Shown one piece after another: positions 9,187 through 18,826 of a DNA stretch of 26,854 nt. Each line of letters opens with the position of its first letter. Within the stretch, counting starts at the first letter, position 1. The stretch covers positions 1 to 26,854 of the forward strand of contig JARRQT010000040.1 of NCBI GenBank assembly GCA_037381445.1, in the 5' to 3' direction. Both the position numbers and the translations under genes were made by a program. The notes below the pieces were generated by a model that worked only from the letters and a program-made list of their open reading frames with translations, did not search any database and was not told the DNA's origin. This DNA is from Calditrichia bacterium. Lineage in GTDB: Bacteria; Calditrichota; Calditrichia; RBG-13-44-9.

Positions 9187-9222
9187 AAAAAAATGCCCGC
9201 CGGTCGGATGAACGGGCGGGCA
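9187..9222 (-). terminator. Rho-independent terminator of the TPR gene
   Basis: 8-bp GC stem TGCCCGCC/GGCGGGCA followed by U7 on the minus strand. Confidence 0.8.
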
Positions 9223-9279
9223 CAAATGGATTGGTAATCATTCCGGTGCGAAGCGGTTTTCGCAACTTCGCCTAAAATA

Positions 9280-10731
9280 TTATAGACTTGTCAGCATCTT
9301 CCTTGCTTTGGCCCGGATGAAGGCATGCTGCATGCTGTTGAGGGTATTATGCTCAGCCGCATTGCTGAAAAATATGCGGGCGTTCTCCTTGTCTCCCCTG
9401 GCCAGATAAACAGATGCCAGCCGGTAGTGGGTGTAGGGATTCTGCACGTTGGCCTGTTTTAATTCCTCAATGGCCTTCTCATAATCTTTCTCCTGCAGGG
9501 CAATCAGTCCGTCTATTTCATGTGACAGCCAAATTTGGGGCTGATTTTGAATGGCATTCACCGCCTTCCGAAACTCCTCCGCTCTGGCCCTGGCAGTGGT
9601 CAGGTCCTTCTGCATTAAAGCAACGCGCGCGGAATTGTAAAGATAGTTTCTCTGGGCATTATCTTTAATCTCCTTTTTATGACCGGAGTTTTGGATGGTC
9701 TGGTTGGCTTTCTCATATATGGATTTGGCCTTGTCAAATTGACCCATTTCATAGTAGATATTTCCCATGGCGATCAGATCGCCGGCCATCGCTGCATGAT
9801 CGTTTATTTTGGCGCCCATCTGATATTGCTGTTCCATCATTTCCAGGGCTTTCTCCATTTGCGCTTCATACACATAGGATATCGCCATGGCGAAAAGCGC
9901 GGCGCGCTGCTCTCCTTCATTTCTTGCCATCGATTGAAGTTTCTTCAACTGCTCCCTTGCCTCGGAATGTTTCCCCATTAAATTGAGATTGGTTGCGATG
10001 CCGATGTGAGAGGCGACGAAGTTGGGATCTGCCCCCAGCGCTTTTTTGTATTGTTCAATAGAAGGTTCGTATTTTCCCATTTTCATGAGCAGTTCGGCAT
10101 AGGAATCATAGGGATTGGGATCATCAGGAATCAATTCAATGTACGCTTGGAAGGATTTTTCCGATTCATCGTAATTCCCGATGAACCTGTAGGCATATCC
10201 CAATTGATTATAGGCCTGTGAAAATCCAGGATTGATCCGGATGGCCCGGCTGTATTCAGCAATGGCCTTATCATACTCCTGTTGGGCGAAATAGTGCGTC
10301 CCCAGCAGATTGTGGGCCCGCTCGTCATTGGGATACAATTGAACCAGTTTTAGATAATATTCCCTTTGCTTCATGGGAAATCCGTTCACGCCGGCATCGA
10401 CGCCCAAAATCCAGAGCCTCTCGCCCTCGGAAACCTTATCCGCCAACTCTTTGGCCCTGTTCAGGCTTTCGAAAAAATCCTTGGCGGTTGGCTGAACCAA
10501 GGCCAGATTCAGATGGGCAATGGCAAAGTTCGGATCGAGCTCTACCGCCCTCTGATAATGCCGAATAGATTCCTGTCCCCGCAGCTTTTCAGCCAGATCC
10601 CTGCCCCGCAGAAAGAGTTGCAGTGCATCATCGGATTGGGTGGTGAGCGGAATTGTATCCGCCTGCGGACCTGCAAAGAGCAGGGTAGACAGTATCACCA
10701 GCAAAACAGTGGTTAAACGATACATCATCAT
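9280..10731 (-). CDS. Secreted tetratricopeptide-repeat protein
   Basis: Signal peptide-like N-terminus and multiple TPRs (AVELDPNFAIAH, AIRINPGFSQAYNQLGYAY, PDDPNPYDSYAE, ALGADPNF). Confidence 0.9.
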   Translation of the reverse strand: MMMYRLTTVLLVILSTLLFAGPQADTIPLTTQSDDALQLFLRGRDLAEKLRGQESIRHYQRAVELDPNFAIAHLNLALVQPTAKDFFESLNRAKELADKVSEGERLWILGVDAGVNGFPMKQREYYLKLVQLYPNDERAHNLLGTHYFAQQEYDKAIAEYSRAIRINPGFSQAYNQLGYAYRFIGNYDESEKSFQAYIELIPDDPNPYDSYAELLMKMGKYEPSIEQYKKALGADPNFVASHIGIATNLNLMGKHSEAREQLKKLQSMARNEGEQRAALFAMAISYVYEAQMEKALEMMEQQYQMGAKINDHAAMAGDLIAMGNIYYEMGQFDKAKSIYEKANQTIQNSGHKKEIKDNAQRNYLYNSARVALMQKDLTTARARAEEFRKAVNAIQNQPQIWLSHEIDGLIALQEKDYEKAIEELKQANVQNPYTHYRLASVYLARGDKENARIFFSNAAEHNTLNSMQHAFIRAKARKMLTSL

Positions 10732-11080
10732 AGTAACCCCCTAAATTTATGGAAACATTAATCTCGTACATGAGGTGTTATTTGGGATTCCCTTCGGGAA
10801 ATGACATCTTGACCTTTACGAAATTTTCAGGATTATGTTGCCCGTAATCTGCCGCTTGTTTTGAATGAAAATTTGCAGCATAGAAAAAAATCTCAGCTTT
10901 AATGCGCCGATTGCTGTTTCATTTTGCATTGTTATTGAATAAATTCACACGTGAGCAAAATAGCCGAATCTTTCAAAATGCAGGAACCGTAGGTACACTG
11001 GCGTGGGCAAAAATTTTTTATTAATAATAAGTGAAGCTGTCATATAAATTAAAAATAATTTATGAATGGTTACTCCCATA

Positions 11081-11237
11081 TCAAAAGCGCTGCTGCGGAA
11101 GCGTAATAGGTTCTCCATCGATCAGAATAATCTTCTTTCCTCCTCAATACTCCGCTTCCCGATCATTCAAGCCGGCTAATCTTTTGAGGTCTTTTATACC
11201 CACGGCAACTGAATGGACCTGAAAGCGAAAACCTTTT
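11081..11237 (-). pseudogene. Possible degraded Mrr-like restriction endonuclease fragment
   Basis: Frame reads VAVGIKDLKRLAGLNDREAEY*GGKKIILIDGEPI with an internal TGA. It resembles the VG..+.+..G and KI.LIDGE segments of Mrr_cat domains as I recall them; not verified by search. Confidence 0.25.
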
Positions 11238-11417
11238 TATGCATCCGGATTGATTATATCACGAAGTTTGAGATCTGTTTGGCTGTCACAATTTGCAAGA
11301 AGTTGGCTTCAGTTCTGTAAAATCGATTTTAAAACGGTCCCAGCGAAGTAAATAGGCCGGTTCTGCAATACGCGTTTCGTTAGACCGGTTTTGGGAAAAG
11401 AAGAAGGGAAATATTTT

Positions 11418-14400
11418 ATGTCTCTGAAAATTTTGTCGGAAGCATTTACAAGACTTCTGCTACTCTTTGAAAGAAAGCTGAGTTTTATTTTGCTTTCCCT
11501 TATTCTCGCCGGGATTCTTCGTGCGGCTGGTGACGGCGGAGAATACCGCATAGCACCGTCGAAAGATTTTAGTTCGAAAATGAATTTGACTTTTGAGCAA
11601 ATCTTTCTGGATGAGGGATTGTCGCAGAGTATTGTCAAATGCGTTGCACAGGACAGCCTGGGATTTATGTGGTTTGGGACCGAGGACGGCCTCAATAAAT
11701 ATGATGGCTACAAATTTACGGTCCTCAAACGTGATCCCGGAAATCAGAATAGTCTGGGTACGAATGATGTGACCGCCCTGCACGTCGATAAACGGGGCAT
11801 TCTGTGGATTGGCACATTCTATGGTGGTCTTGACCGTTACGATCAGAAATTTGAAAGATTCACCCATTATCGCTACGATCCGGAAAATCCCAATTCCCTG
11901 AGCAATGACAATATCAACGTTATTTTCGAAGATCGCCAGGGCATCCTGTGGATCGGGACCGATCTGGGACTAAACAAATTCCACCCCGAGGATACTGCCG
12001 TGACAGCGGCGGTTTTCACCCGTTATCTGCATCATGCTTCGGACCCAAAAAGCCTCAGCAATAATTATGTGCGGGCCGTATGCCAGGATGATGCCGGAGG
12101 CCTTTGGGTGGGAACGGATGACGGACTGAACAGGCTGAACCCCGAGACCGGGGAATTCGTTCATTACAGAAATGAGCCCGGTAATCCGTTCAGCCTCAGT
12201 CAGAATGAAGTGACCTCGCTTTATTACGACAGCCGCGGTATGCTATGGGTCGGGACCCGGAGCGGCGGACTGAACCGGCTTGATGTTTCCGGGGCGATAA
12301 CCGATCGCTTCATTCGCTATCTGCACAATCCCAATGATCCCTTCAGCCTCAGTCATAACCAGGTGAATAAAATATTTGAAGATGACGAGGGAAATCTCTG
12401 GATCGGCACCCATGGCGGCGGGCTTTCCATCCTGGACCGCGAGACGGACAAATTCATCAGTTTCAGGACCAATCCGCTGGATCAGTCCAGCATCAGCTAC
12501 GATGAAATAATGGATATTTATGAGGACCGTTCCGGCCTTCTGTGGCTGGGAACCTATGGCGGCGGAATTGACAAAATCGACCGCAGCAGGAAGCAGTTTT
12601 CCCTCTACCGGTCAGAACTCAACAGGCCCAATAGCTTGGGGCATCCCATCGTGTGGAGCATTTACGAGGATGCATCGGGCATCCTGTGGATCGGTACTCA
12701 CGGCGGCGGGATGGACCGCCTGGATCGCAACACCAGCCAATACACTCATTTCCGGAATAATCCGGACGATCTCCATACGCTGAGCAGTGATATTGTGCGC
12801 TTTATTTTTGAAGACCGGGACGGCGTGTTCTGGATCGGCACCCACGGCGGCGGTCTCTGCAGATTTCACAGAGAAACCGGTAAATTTGAAGCCTATCGTC
12901 ACGATCCCGCAAATCCGTCCAGTCTCAGCCATGACGAGCTGCGCTCCATCTTTCAGGACCGGTCGGGAACGATATGGGTCGGCACCAACGGCGGCGGGTT
13001 GAATAAGATGGTGCCGGGATCTTCACCGGCGTCCGCCCCTTCTTTTGTGCGATACAAAAATGATCCGGCCGATCCCAACAGCCTGAGCAACGATTTTGTG
13101 CGGGTCATCTATGAAGACCAAACCGGCGATTTCTGGATTGGCACCCAGGGCGGAGGTCTGGAAAAAATGGAGCGGGAAACCGGCACTTTTGTCCACTACC
13201 GGGTAAATCCCGGTCAAACCGGCGGTTTGAACAGCAATTCCATATTTGCCATCCACGAGAGCAAGGACGGCATACTATGGCTGGGGACATGGGGCGGCGG
13301 TCTCAACAAATTCGATAAAAGCAAAAATACCTTTACTGCCTTCACCACGGAGGACGGGCTGCCCAGCAATGCCATTTACGGAATCCTGGAAGACGGGGAA
13401 GGGAACCTGTGGATGAGCACCAATAATGGTCTGTGTAAATTTAATCCGGATAATAAGACGTTCAGGAATTTCACGGAAGCGGATGGCCTGCAGAGTAATG
13501 AGTTCAATGGCGGTGCATTTTTCAAAAGTGCCGGCGGTGAGATGTTCTTTGGAGGGATTGACGGATTCAACTCCTTTTATCCTTCCCAAATCAGATCCAA
13601 TCCTTTTATTCCGCCGGTGGTCATTACCGCATTTCAGAAATTGAATCGGGATGTGAAGTTCGATCAATCTATCTCCGAGATGAGGGAGATGACACTTTCC
13701 TATAAAGATTATGTTTTCTCCCTGGAATTTGCCGCGCTGGATTACACGGCCCCCGGCAAGAATCTTTACGCCTACAAAATGGACGGTTTGGATGAGGACT
13801 GGATTTACACGGATTCACGCAAGCGATTCGCGACCTACACCACCCTGGCGCCCGGCACCTATGTTTTCAGGGTGAAGGGCTCCAACAACGACGGCATCTG
13901 GAATGAAACAGGCAGTAGCCTGAAAATAGTCATTACGCCGCCCTTCTGGAAAACCGGATGGTTTATTCTTCTGGCGGGGCTGGTGGCTGCCGCAATTCTA
14001 ATAATTTCTTACCGCCGGCGGCTGAGAAATGTGCGCCTGAAAGCGGAACTGCAAGCGGCCCATGATGCCCAGATGACCATCATGCCCCATACCGACCCTG
14101 TGGTCGAAGGATTCGAGATCTCCGGGATCTGCCTGCCGGCCAATGAAGTGGGCGGAGACTTTTTTGATTATTTCTGGCTGGACAAACAGAAAACCAGGTT
14201 TGGCGTTGCCATCGGGGATGTCTCGGGCAAGGCGATGAAGTCCGCCATGACCGCCGTGATGGCCAGTGGCATGATCTGCTCCCGGACTAATGAGGACCTT
14301 CCTGTTTTCGAGATAATGACCCGGATGAACCTGCCCCTCATCAACAAGACCCGGAAAAATGTCTTTATCGCGCTGTGTCTGGCGTCGCTGGACGTCCGCA

Positions 14401-14774
14401 GCCGCTCACTGACATTTACCAATGCCGGGCTGGACCGGCCTTTACTGAAGACCGATGGCAGGGCTGATTTTCTGGAAAGCGAGGGCGCCAAATTCCCCCT
14501 GGGAACGGTGGCCGATACCGTTTACCAGGAAAAACGTCTCAGCCTCAATTCCGGAGATGTGCTGATTCTGAACACAGACGGCGTGACCGAAGCGCGGAAT
14601 GTGAAGCGGGAACTGTACAGTGAGATAAATTTGAGGCGGCTGCTGGAAGGCATGGATACAGCCAGCCTCTCCGCGACGCAGATTAAAGAACGGATTATCG
14701 CTGACGTCCGGCAGTTTGCCGGAAATGAAACGCAGAATGATGATATGACGGTGATTGTGGTGAAGGTTGTATAG
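11418..14774 (+). CDS. Membrane sensor phosphatase: extracytoplasmic two-component-regulator beta-propeller repeats, Y_Y_Y domain, TM helix, SpoIIE/PP2C (RsbU-like) phosphatase
   Basis: About 14 repeats of SLS.N.V..I.ED..G.LW(I/V)GT.GGGL, then YAYKMDG...ATYTTLAPGTYVFRVKGSNNDGIW, TM WFILLAGLVAAAILII, and PP2C motifs GGDFFD, IGDVSGK, TDGVTEA, DDMT. Start taken at ATG 11418. Confidence 0.93.
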   Translation: MSLKILSEAFTRLLLLFERKLSFILLSLILAGILRAAGDGGEYRIAPSKDFSSKMNLTFEQIFLDEGLSQSIVKCVAQDSLGFMWFGTEDGLNKYDGYKFTVLKRDPGNQNSLGTNDVTALHVDKRGILWIGTFYGGLDRYDQKFERFTHYRYDPENPNSLSNDNINVIFEDRQGILWIGTDLGLNKFHPEDTAVTAAVFTRYLHHASDPKSLSNNYVRAVCQDDAGGLWVGTDDGLNRLNPETGEFVHYRNEPGNPFSLSQNEVTSLYYDSRGMLWVGTRSGGLNRLDVSGAITDRFIRYLHNPNDPFSLSHNQVNKIFEDDEGNLWIGTHGGGLSILDRETDKFISFRTNPLDQSSISYDEIMDIYEDRSGLLWLGTYGGGIDKIDRSRKQFSLYRSELNRPNSLGHPIVWSIYEDASGILWIGTHGGGMDRLDRNTSQYTHFRNNPDDLHTLSSDIVRFIFEDRDGVFWIGTHGGGLCRFHRETGKFEAYRHDPANPSSLSHDELRSIFQDRSGTIWVGTNGGGLNKMVPGSSPASAPSFVRYKNDPADPNSLSNDFVRVIYEDQTGDFWIGTQGGGLEKMERETGTFVHYRVNPGQTGGLNSNSIFAIHESKDGILWLGTWGGGLNKFDKSKNTFTAFTTEDGLPSNAIYGILEDGEGNLWMSTNNGLCKFNPDNKTFRNFTEADGLQSNEFNGGAFFKSAGGEMFFGGIDGFNSFYPSQIRSNPFIPPVVITAFQKLNRDVKFDQSISEMREMTLSYKDYVFSLEFAALDYTAPGKNLYAYKMDGLDEDWIYTDSRKRFATYTTLAPGTYVFRVKGSNNDGIWNETGSSLKIVITPPFWKTGWFILLAGLVAAAILIISYRRRLRNVRLKAELQAAHDAQMTIMPHTDPVVEGFEISGICLPANEVGGDFFDYFWLDKQKTRFGVAIGDVSGKAMKSAMTAVMASGMICSRTNEDLPVFEIMTRMNLPLINKTRKNVFIALCLASLDVRSRSLTFTNAGLDRPLLKTDGRADFLESEGAKFPLGTVADTVYQEKRLSLNSGDVLILNTDGVTEARNVKRELYSEINLRRLLEGMDTASLSATQIKERIIADVRQFAGNETQNDDMTVIVVKVV

Positions 14775-14785
14775 CAGACCGCAGC

Positions 14786-16102
14786 TCAGTTCAGATTTTT
14801 ATCGTGCGCTGTTATATCGGTGGCGCTCTGCAAACCGCTGGCGATTTGAGGAATGATCCCCATCTTCACATAAATCGGATGCACCAGTTTTCGCAGGGCC
14901 GGCAGACGATGGTAGAATACAAAAGCAGCCGCCAGACAGACAATCCCGCCGAAAACGAGCGTAAACGGCGCGCCGATCAGACTGGCCAGCCCGCCGGCCA
15001 GCAGGCTCCCGAAAGGCGCCATTCCCCTGATTGAAAAACTGTAAAAACTCATCAGCCGCCCGCGTTTGTCATCCTCGACAATTGTCTGCAGCACGGTGTT
15101 GCTGGTCGCCATCAGCAGGATCATCCCGAATCCGGTGAACAGCATAAAAAACAGGGAGAGCAGCAGGTTCCGGGAAAAGGAAAATGCAATCAGGCCCAGG
15201 CCGAATAGTGCGGTAGCCCGCACAATCCACCTGCCGAGCCCGAGAACAGAACTGCGCGATGCCAGCAGGATGGCGCCGGTGAGCGCGCCTACTCCCGCTG
15301 CGCCCATCAGAAAACCAAGGGTATTGGGGCCGCCCTGCAAAATGGATTTCGCAAAAACCGGCATCAAAACCGTGTAGGGCATACCCACTAGGCTGACCAA
15401 CGAGAGCAGAAGCAAAACGGAACGGATGGGGGCGAAAGAGGATGCATAACGGAATCCTTCCCGCAGCTGCTGGACTGGCCGCGCGCGGCGGGCCGGGGGA
15501 GTCCATTCCGGCAGCCGCATCATAAGCAGCGCGCCGATAACGGCTATGTAGCTGATACCGTTGAGCAGAAAACAGATCCCTTCCCCGAATGCGGCGACGA
15601 GTATGCCGGCCAGAGAGGGGCCGATCAGGCGGGCGCCGTTCACCATGGAAGAGTTCAGGGCGATGGCGTTGCCCAGGTCTTTCTTCTTCTCCACCATTTC
15701 CACCATGAATGACTGGCGGGCCGGCATGTCCACGGCGTTGATGACGCCCAGCAGCACACTGAGCGCAATAATCTGCCAGATCTGAATAAGATGGGCCAGC
15801 ACCAGAAATGCCAGAATCAGCGCCTGCAGCATGGCGATGCCCTGGGTGAAAACCAGCAGCCGGTGCCTGTTTACCCGGTCCGCCAGCACACCCGCAAACG
15901 GCGTAAACAGAAAGATGGGAAGCTGTCCGGAGAAGCCCACCACCCCCAGCAGGAAGGTGGAATTGGTAAGCCGGTAGACCAGCCATCCCAGCGCCATGCG
16001 CTGCATCCAGGTGCCGATGAGGGAAAGACTCTGGCCGCCGAAAAAGAGCCGGAAATTTCGATATTGCAATGCCCTGCCGGCCGTTCTGAAACGCTCAAAC
16101 AT
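14786..16102 (-). CDS. MFS transporter (MFS_3 / transmembrane secretion effector family)
   Basis: ALQYRNFRLFFGGQSLSLIGTWMQ N-terminus, motif A GVLADRVNR, DMPARQS, NAIALNS, about 12 hydrophobic helices. Confidence 0.92.
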   Translation of the reverse strand: MFERFRTAGRALQYRNFRLFFGGQSLSLIGTWMQRMALGWLVYRLTNSTFLLGVVGFSGQLPIFLFTPFAGVLADRVNRHRLLVFTQGIAMLQALILAFLVLAHLIQIWQIIALSVLLGVINAVDMPARQSFMVEMVEKKKDLGNAIALNSSMVNGARLIGPSLAGILVAAFGEGICFLLNGISYIAVIGALLMMRLPEWTPPARRARPVQQLREGFRYASSFAPIRSVLLLLSLVSLVGMPYTVLMPVFAKSILQGGPNTLGFLMGAAGVGALTGAILLASRSSVLGLGRWIVRATALFGLGLIAFSFSRNLLLSLFFMLFTGFGMILLMATSNTVLQTIVEDDKRGRLMSFYSFSIRGMAPFGSLLAGGLASLIGAPFTLVFGGIVCLAAAFVFYHRLPALRKLVHPIYVKMGIIPQIASGLQSATDITAHDKNLN

Positions 16103-16554
16103 ATGAACCGCTGCCTCTTCTGCGACTTTAAGGTGCCCTAATCCTTTTATAAACCGCTAAATATAGCAAATAAAAATATGGGGAATAAGGCAAAAAAACA
16201 AATGCTTTGCCGCAGGACGGAAGTATATCGTCGGCAAGACTTGAGAAATCCGGTTTTTTGCCTGGAAAGCGGATTCTTTTTTCCGGGCGTGAATTCATTT
16301 GTTTTTGGGCTGATTGTTTGTTAAATATTGGCAAGCACTTTCTGAGCAAACCGGGCACCATCGGTGAATATAAACGGTTCCTTATTCATATGACCGATTA
16401 CCAAACGTAAATAGGCTTGATATCCCGACCAGAAGCCGGAACCGGAAATTTGTTTCATAGAATTGCCTTGCAGGAGTTCCGGGGCCGAAATTAATAGAAG
16501 CATAATTCAGCGGCATAGAAAAATGAAATCACACCAAATACAGGGGAGTGGCCA

Positions 16555-17760
16555 ATGTCAGCGTCAAAATCACTGGACCGCCGGAAATTTCTGAAATCAT
16601 CCGTCACGGGGGTGGCCGGAATCTTTTTATTGGGAGCCGGTGGCCTGAAACAGCAGAAAACTGAACGGGAAAAAGAGCAAAAAATTAACCGGAGGATGCT
16701 GGGAAAAACAGGGATCGAACTGCCCGTGGTGAGCATGGGGGTAATGAATGCGGATAATCCCAATCTGGTGCGGGCCGCCCTGGATGCGGGTATTGTTCAT
16801 CTCGACACCGCGCATGGTTATCAGCGCGGGAGAAACGAGGAAATGATCGGGGAAGTGGTCAAGGGCCGGCCGCGGGAGTCCTTTGTGATCGCCACCAAAG
16901 TCCCCGGCGAGCCCCGCGGCAGGGGCAGGACCCTCTCCCCCGAAGAAATCGGCACCGAATTTCTGGGAAAACTGGATATCAGCCTGAAGCGGCTGGGATT
17001 AGACTACGTGGATATTCTCTACGTTCATGGCGTCCGCACCCGGGAAGCGGCGCTCTCCCCGCCGCTGCTGGATGCGCTGGCCAGGGCCAAAAAGGAGGGA
17101 AAAGTCCGCTTCACCGGGGTATCGACCCATAGCAATGAACCGGAAGTCCTGAATGCTGCCGCGGACAGCAAATTCTACGATGTGGTGCTTACCGCCTATA
17201 ATTTCAAACAGGGGCATCTGCGGGAAATGCAGGAGGCAATTGGAAAAGCGGCTGATGCGGGAATCGGTATTATCGCCATGAAAACGCTGGCGGGCGGCTT
17301 TATGGATGCGGAAAAACAGCAGCCGGTCAATCCGAAAGCGGCCCTGAAGTGGGTGCTGCAGGACCCGCATGTGACTACCGCGATTCCGGGATTCACCACC
17401 TTCGACCAGTTGCAGACCGATATTTCCGTCATGGAGGACCTGAATCTGACTGAACCGGAAAAAAAGGAATTGCAGTTGGGTGCCATAGATGGCGGATTCT
17501 ATTGCCAGGGCTGCCGGCAATGCCTCGGGCAGTGCCCGGAACGTCTGCCGATCCCCGACCTCATGCGCGCCCACATGTATACCTACAGCTATAAAAACTT
17601 TGCCGAGGCGCGGGAGCTGCTGCTTTCCCTCGATCTTCCCGGTGAGCCGTGCGGTGACTGCCGGGAATGTGAAGTCAAATGCGCCAGCGGATTTGCGGTG
17701 GGGGAGAAAATCAGGGATGTGGTGCGGATGCGGGATGTGCCCGGGGAGTTTTTTGCATGA
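16555..17760 (+). CDS. Aldo/keto reductase with twin-arginine signal and C-terminal 4Fe-4S dicluster-like domain
   Basis: DRRKFLK plus hydrophobic region; LGKTG, DTAHGY (Asp/Tyr), IATK (Lys), SLKRLGLDYVD..YVH (His); tail CQGCRQCLGQCP...CGDCRECEVKC; AGGGGAG RBS. Confidence 0.92.
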   Translation: MSASKSLDRRKFLKSSVTGVAGIFLLGAGGLKQQKTEREKEQKINRRMLGKTGIELPVVSMGVMNADNPNLVRAALDAGIVHLDTAHGYQRGRNEEMIGEVVKGRPRESFVIATKVPGEPRGRGRTLSPEEIGTEFLGKLDISLKRLGLDYVDILYVHGVRTREAALSPPLLDALARAKKEGKVRFTGVSTHSNEPEVLNAAADSKFYDVVLTAYNFKQGHLREMQEAIGKAADAGIGIIAMKTLAGGFMDAEKQQPVNPKAALKWVLQDPHVTTAIPGFTTFDQLQTDISVMEDLNLTEPEKKELQLGAIDGGFYCQGCRQCLGQCPERLPIPDLMRAHMYTYSYKNFAEARELLLSLDLPGEPCGDCRECEVKCASGFAVGEKIRDVVRMRDVPGEFFA

Positions 17761-18683
17761 AAATGAAAAGCATCAAAACAGCCGTTCTTAAAATTGGCGG
17801 AAATGGATTCACAAGGGCTCTTGCCACAAAAACGCTCCTCGTTGTTCTGCTCTTTTCCATGTCTCAGTTTGTCCGGCCGGCCGATTCCGCTTCCTCCCTC
17901 TTTCCGAATATTCCGGGATGGACCGCTCCCGCCGATATTCAGTCCTTTTCACCTGACAATCTTTACGATTATATTGACGGGGCATCCGAATTTTACCTGA
18001 GCTTCGATTTTCAGAATTTGCAGGTGGGCGAATATTGGGACAGCAGTAACAGATCGGTGCTGGTGGAAATCTACCGTTTCCGGTCGCCTGTTTTGGCATT
18101 CGGTCTCTACAGCCAGGAGCGGCCTCTGCAGGGCAACTACCTGGACATCGGGAGCCAGGGGTACCGCGAGAGCCAGATGCTTAATTTTCTGGCCGGTGCC
18201 TATTATGTGAAGATTAACAGCTATGATCTGGCGGAAGCCGCCCCGCCGGTACTGGAACAATTCGCCCGCGCAATTGCCGGTCAGCTAAAGCGGCCCGCCG
18301 GATTGCCGAATATCCTGCGGGCGTTTCCGGAGAAGGGGAAAATTCCGCATTCGGAAAAATTCACTGCTCGCAATTTTCTGGGATATGAATTTCTGCACTC
18401 CGGTTTTGCAGCCGATTATGAACTGCCGGACCGGAAATTCAGTCTGTTCATCCTGGCCGCTGAAAATCCGGATGACGCCCGGGCCATGCTGAAACGGTTT
18501 CCGGAGACAGCCGGTTGGGAGCAGCCGACGCCGACGGAAGCGATTATCCGTGTGAAGGATGCATACCTGGGGGATGTGGCCTTATTGCGGAAAGGGAAAT
18601 ATGTGCTCGGGGCCCTTAAGCTGGCGGATGCCGGCCTGCAGGAAACTTACCTGCGGCAAATGGCGGAGGCGTTGCCACAATAA
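17757..18683 (+). CDS. Exported DUF6599-like protein
   Basis: ATGA overlap with the AKR stop, signal-like hydrophobic stretch, and FSPDNLYDYIDGASEFYLSF...VEIY....AFGLYS motif typical of this family as I recall it. Confidence 0.7.
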   Translation: MKMKSIKTAVLKIGGNGFTRALATKTLLVVLLFSMSQFVRPADSASSLFPNIPGWTAPADIQSFSPDNLYDYIDGASEFYLSFDFQNLQVGEYWDSSNRSVLVEIYRFRSPVLAFGLYSQERPLQGNYLDIGSQGYRESQMLNFLAGAYYVKINSYDLAEAAPPVLEQFARAIAGQLKRPAGLPNILRAFPEKGKIPHSEKFTARNFLGYEFLHSGFAADYELPDRKFSLFILAAENPDDARAMLKRFPETAGWEQPTPTEAIIRVKDAYLGDVALLRKGKYVLGALKLADAGLQETYLRQMAEALPQ

Positions 18684-18826
18684 TCCTTTATCTGCGCTCT
18701 TAAAAAGACGCAGTAGAACAAGCATTGGGCGGGAAATCCAAATCAAGGGAAATGATTGTTCCGGTGATACAATCCAACCAACGGGGAGAAGCAGCCAGGC
18801 AGGCTGCTGCGCTCAGACACATAATC

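Noticed and set aside
11144..11146. In-frame TGA as selenocysteine in the Mrr-like fragment
   Set aside because: No start codon, no Cys-equivalent redox context and no evident SECIS hairpin.
11600..13600. Periodic nucleotide similarity resembling a repeat array or CRISPR
   Set aside because: Explained by in-frame beta-propeller blade repeats with synonymous divergence. There are no identical repeats with unique spacers.
15069..15986. 305-aa alternative-frame ORF
   Set aside because: Lies inside the MFS gene; Arg/Ala/Gly/Pro-rich off-frame product of GC-rich codons.
16328..16345. TGGCAAGCACTTTCT as a sigma54 promoter for the AKR gene
   Set aside because: The -12 GC is absent and no supporting enhancer dyad was noticed.
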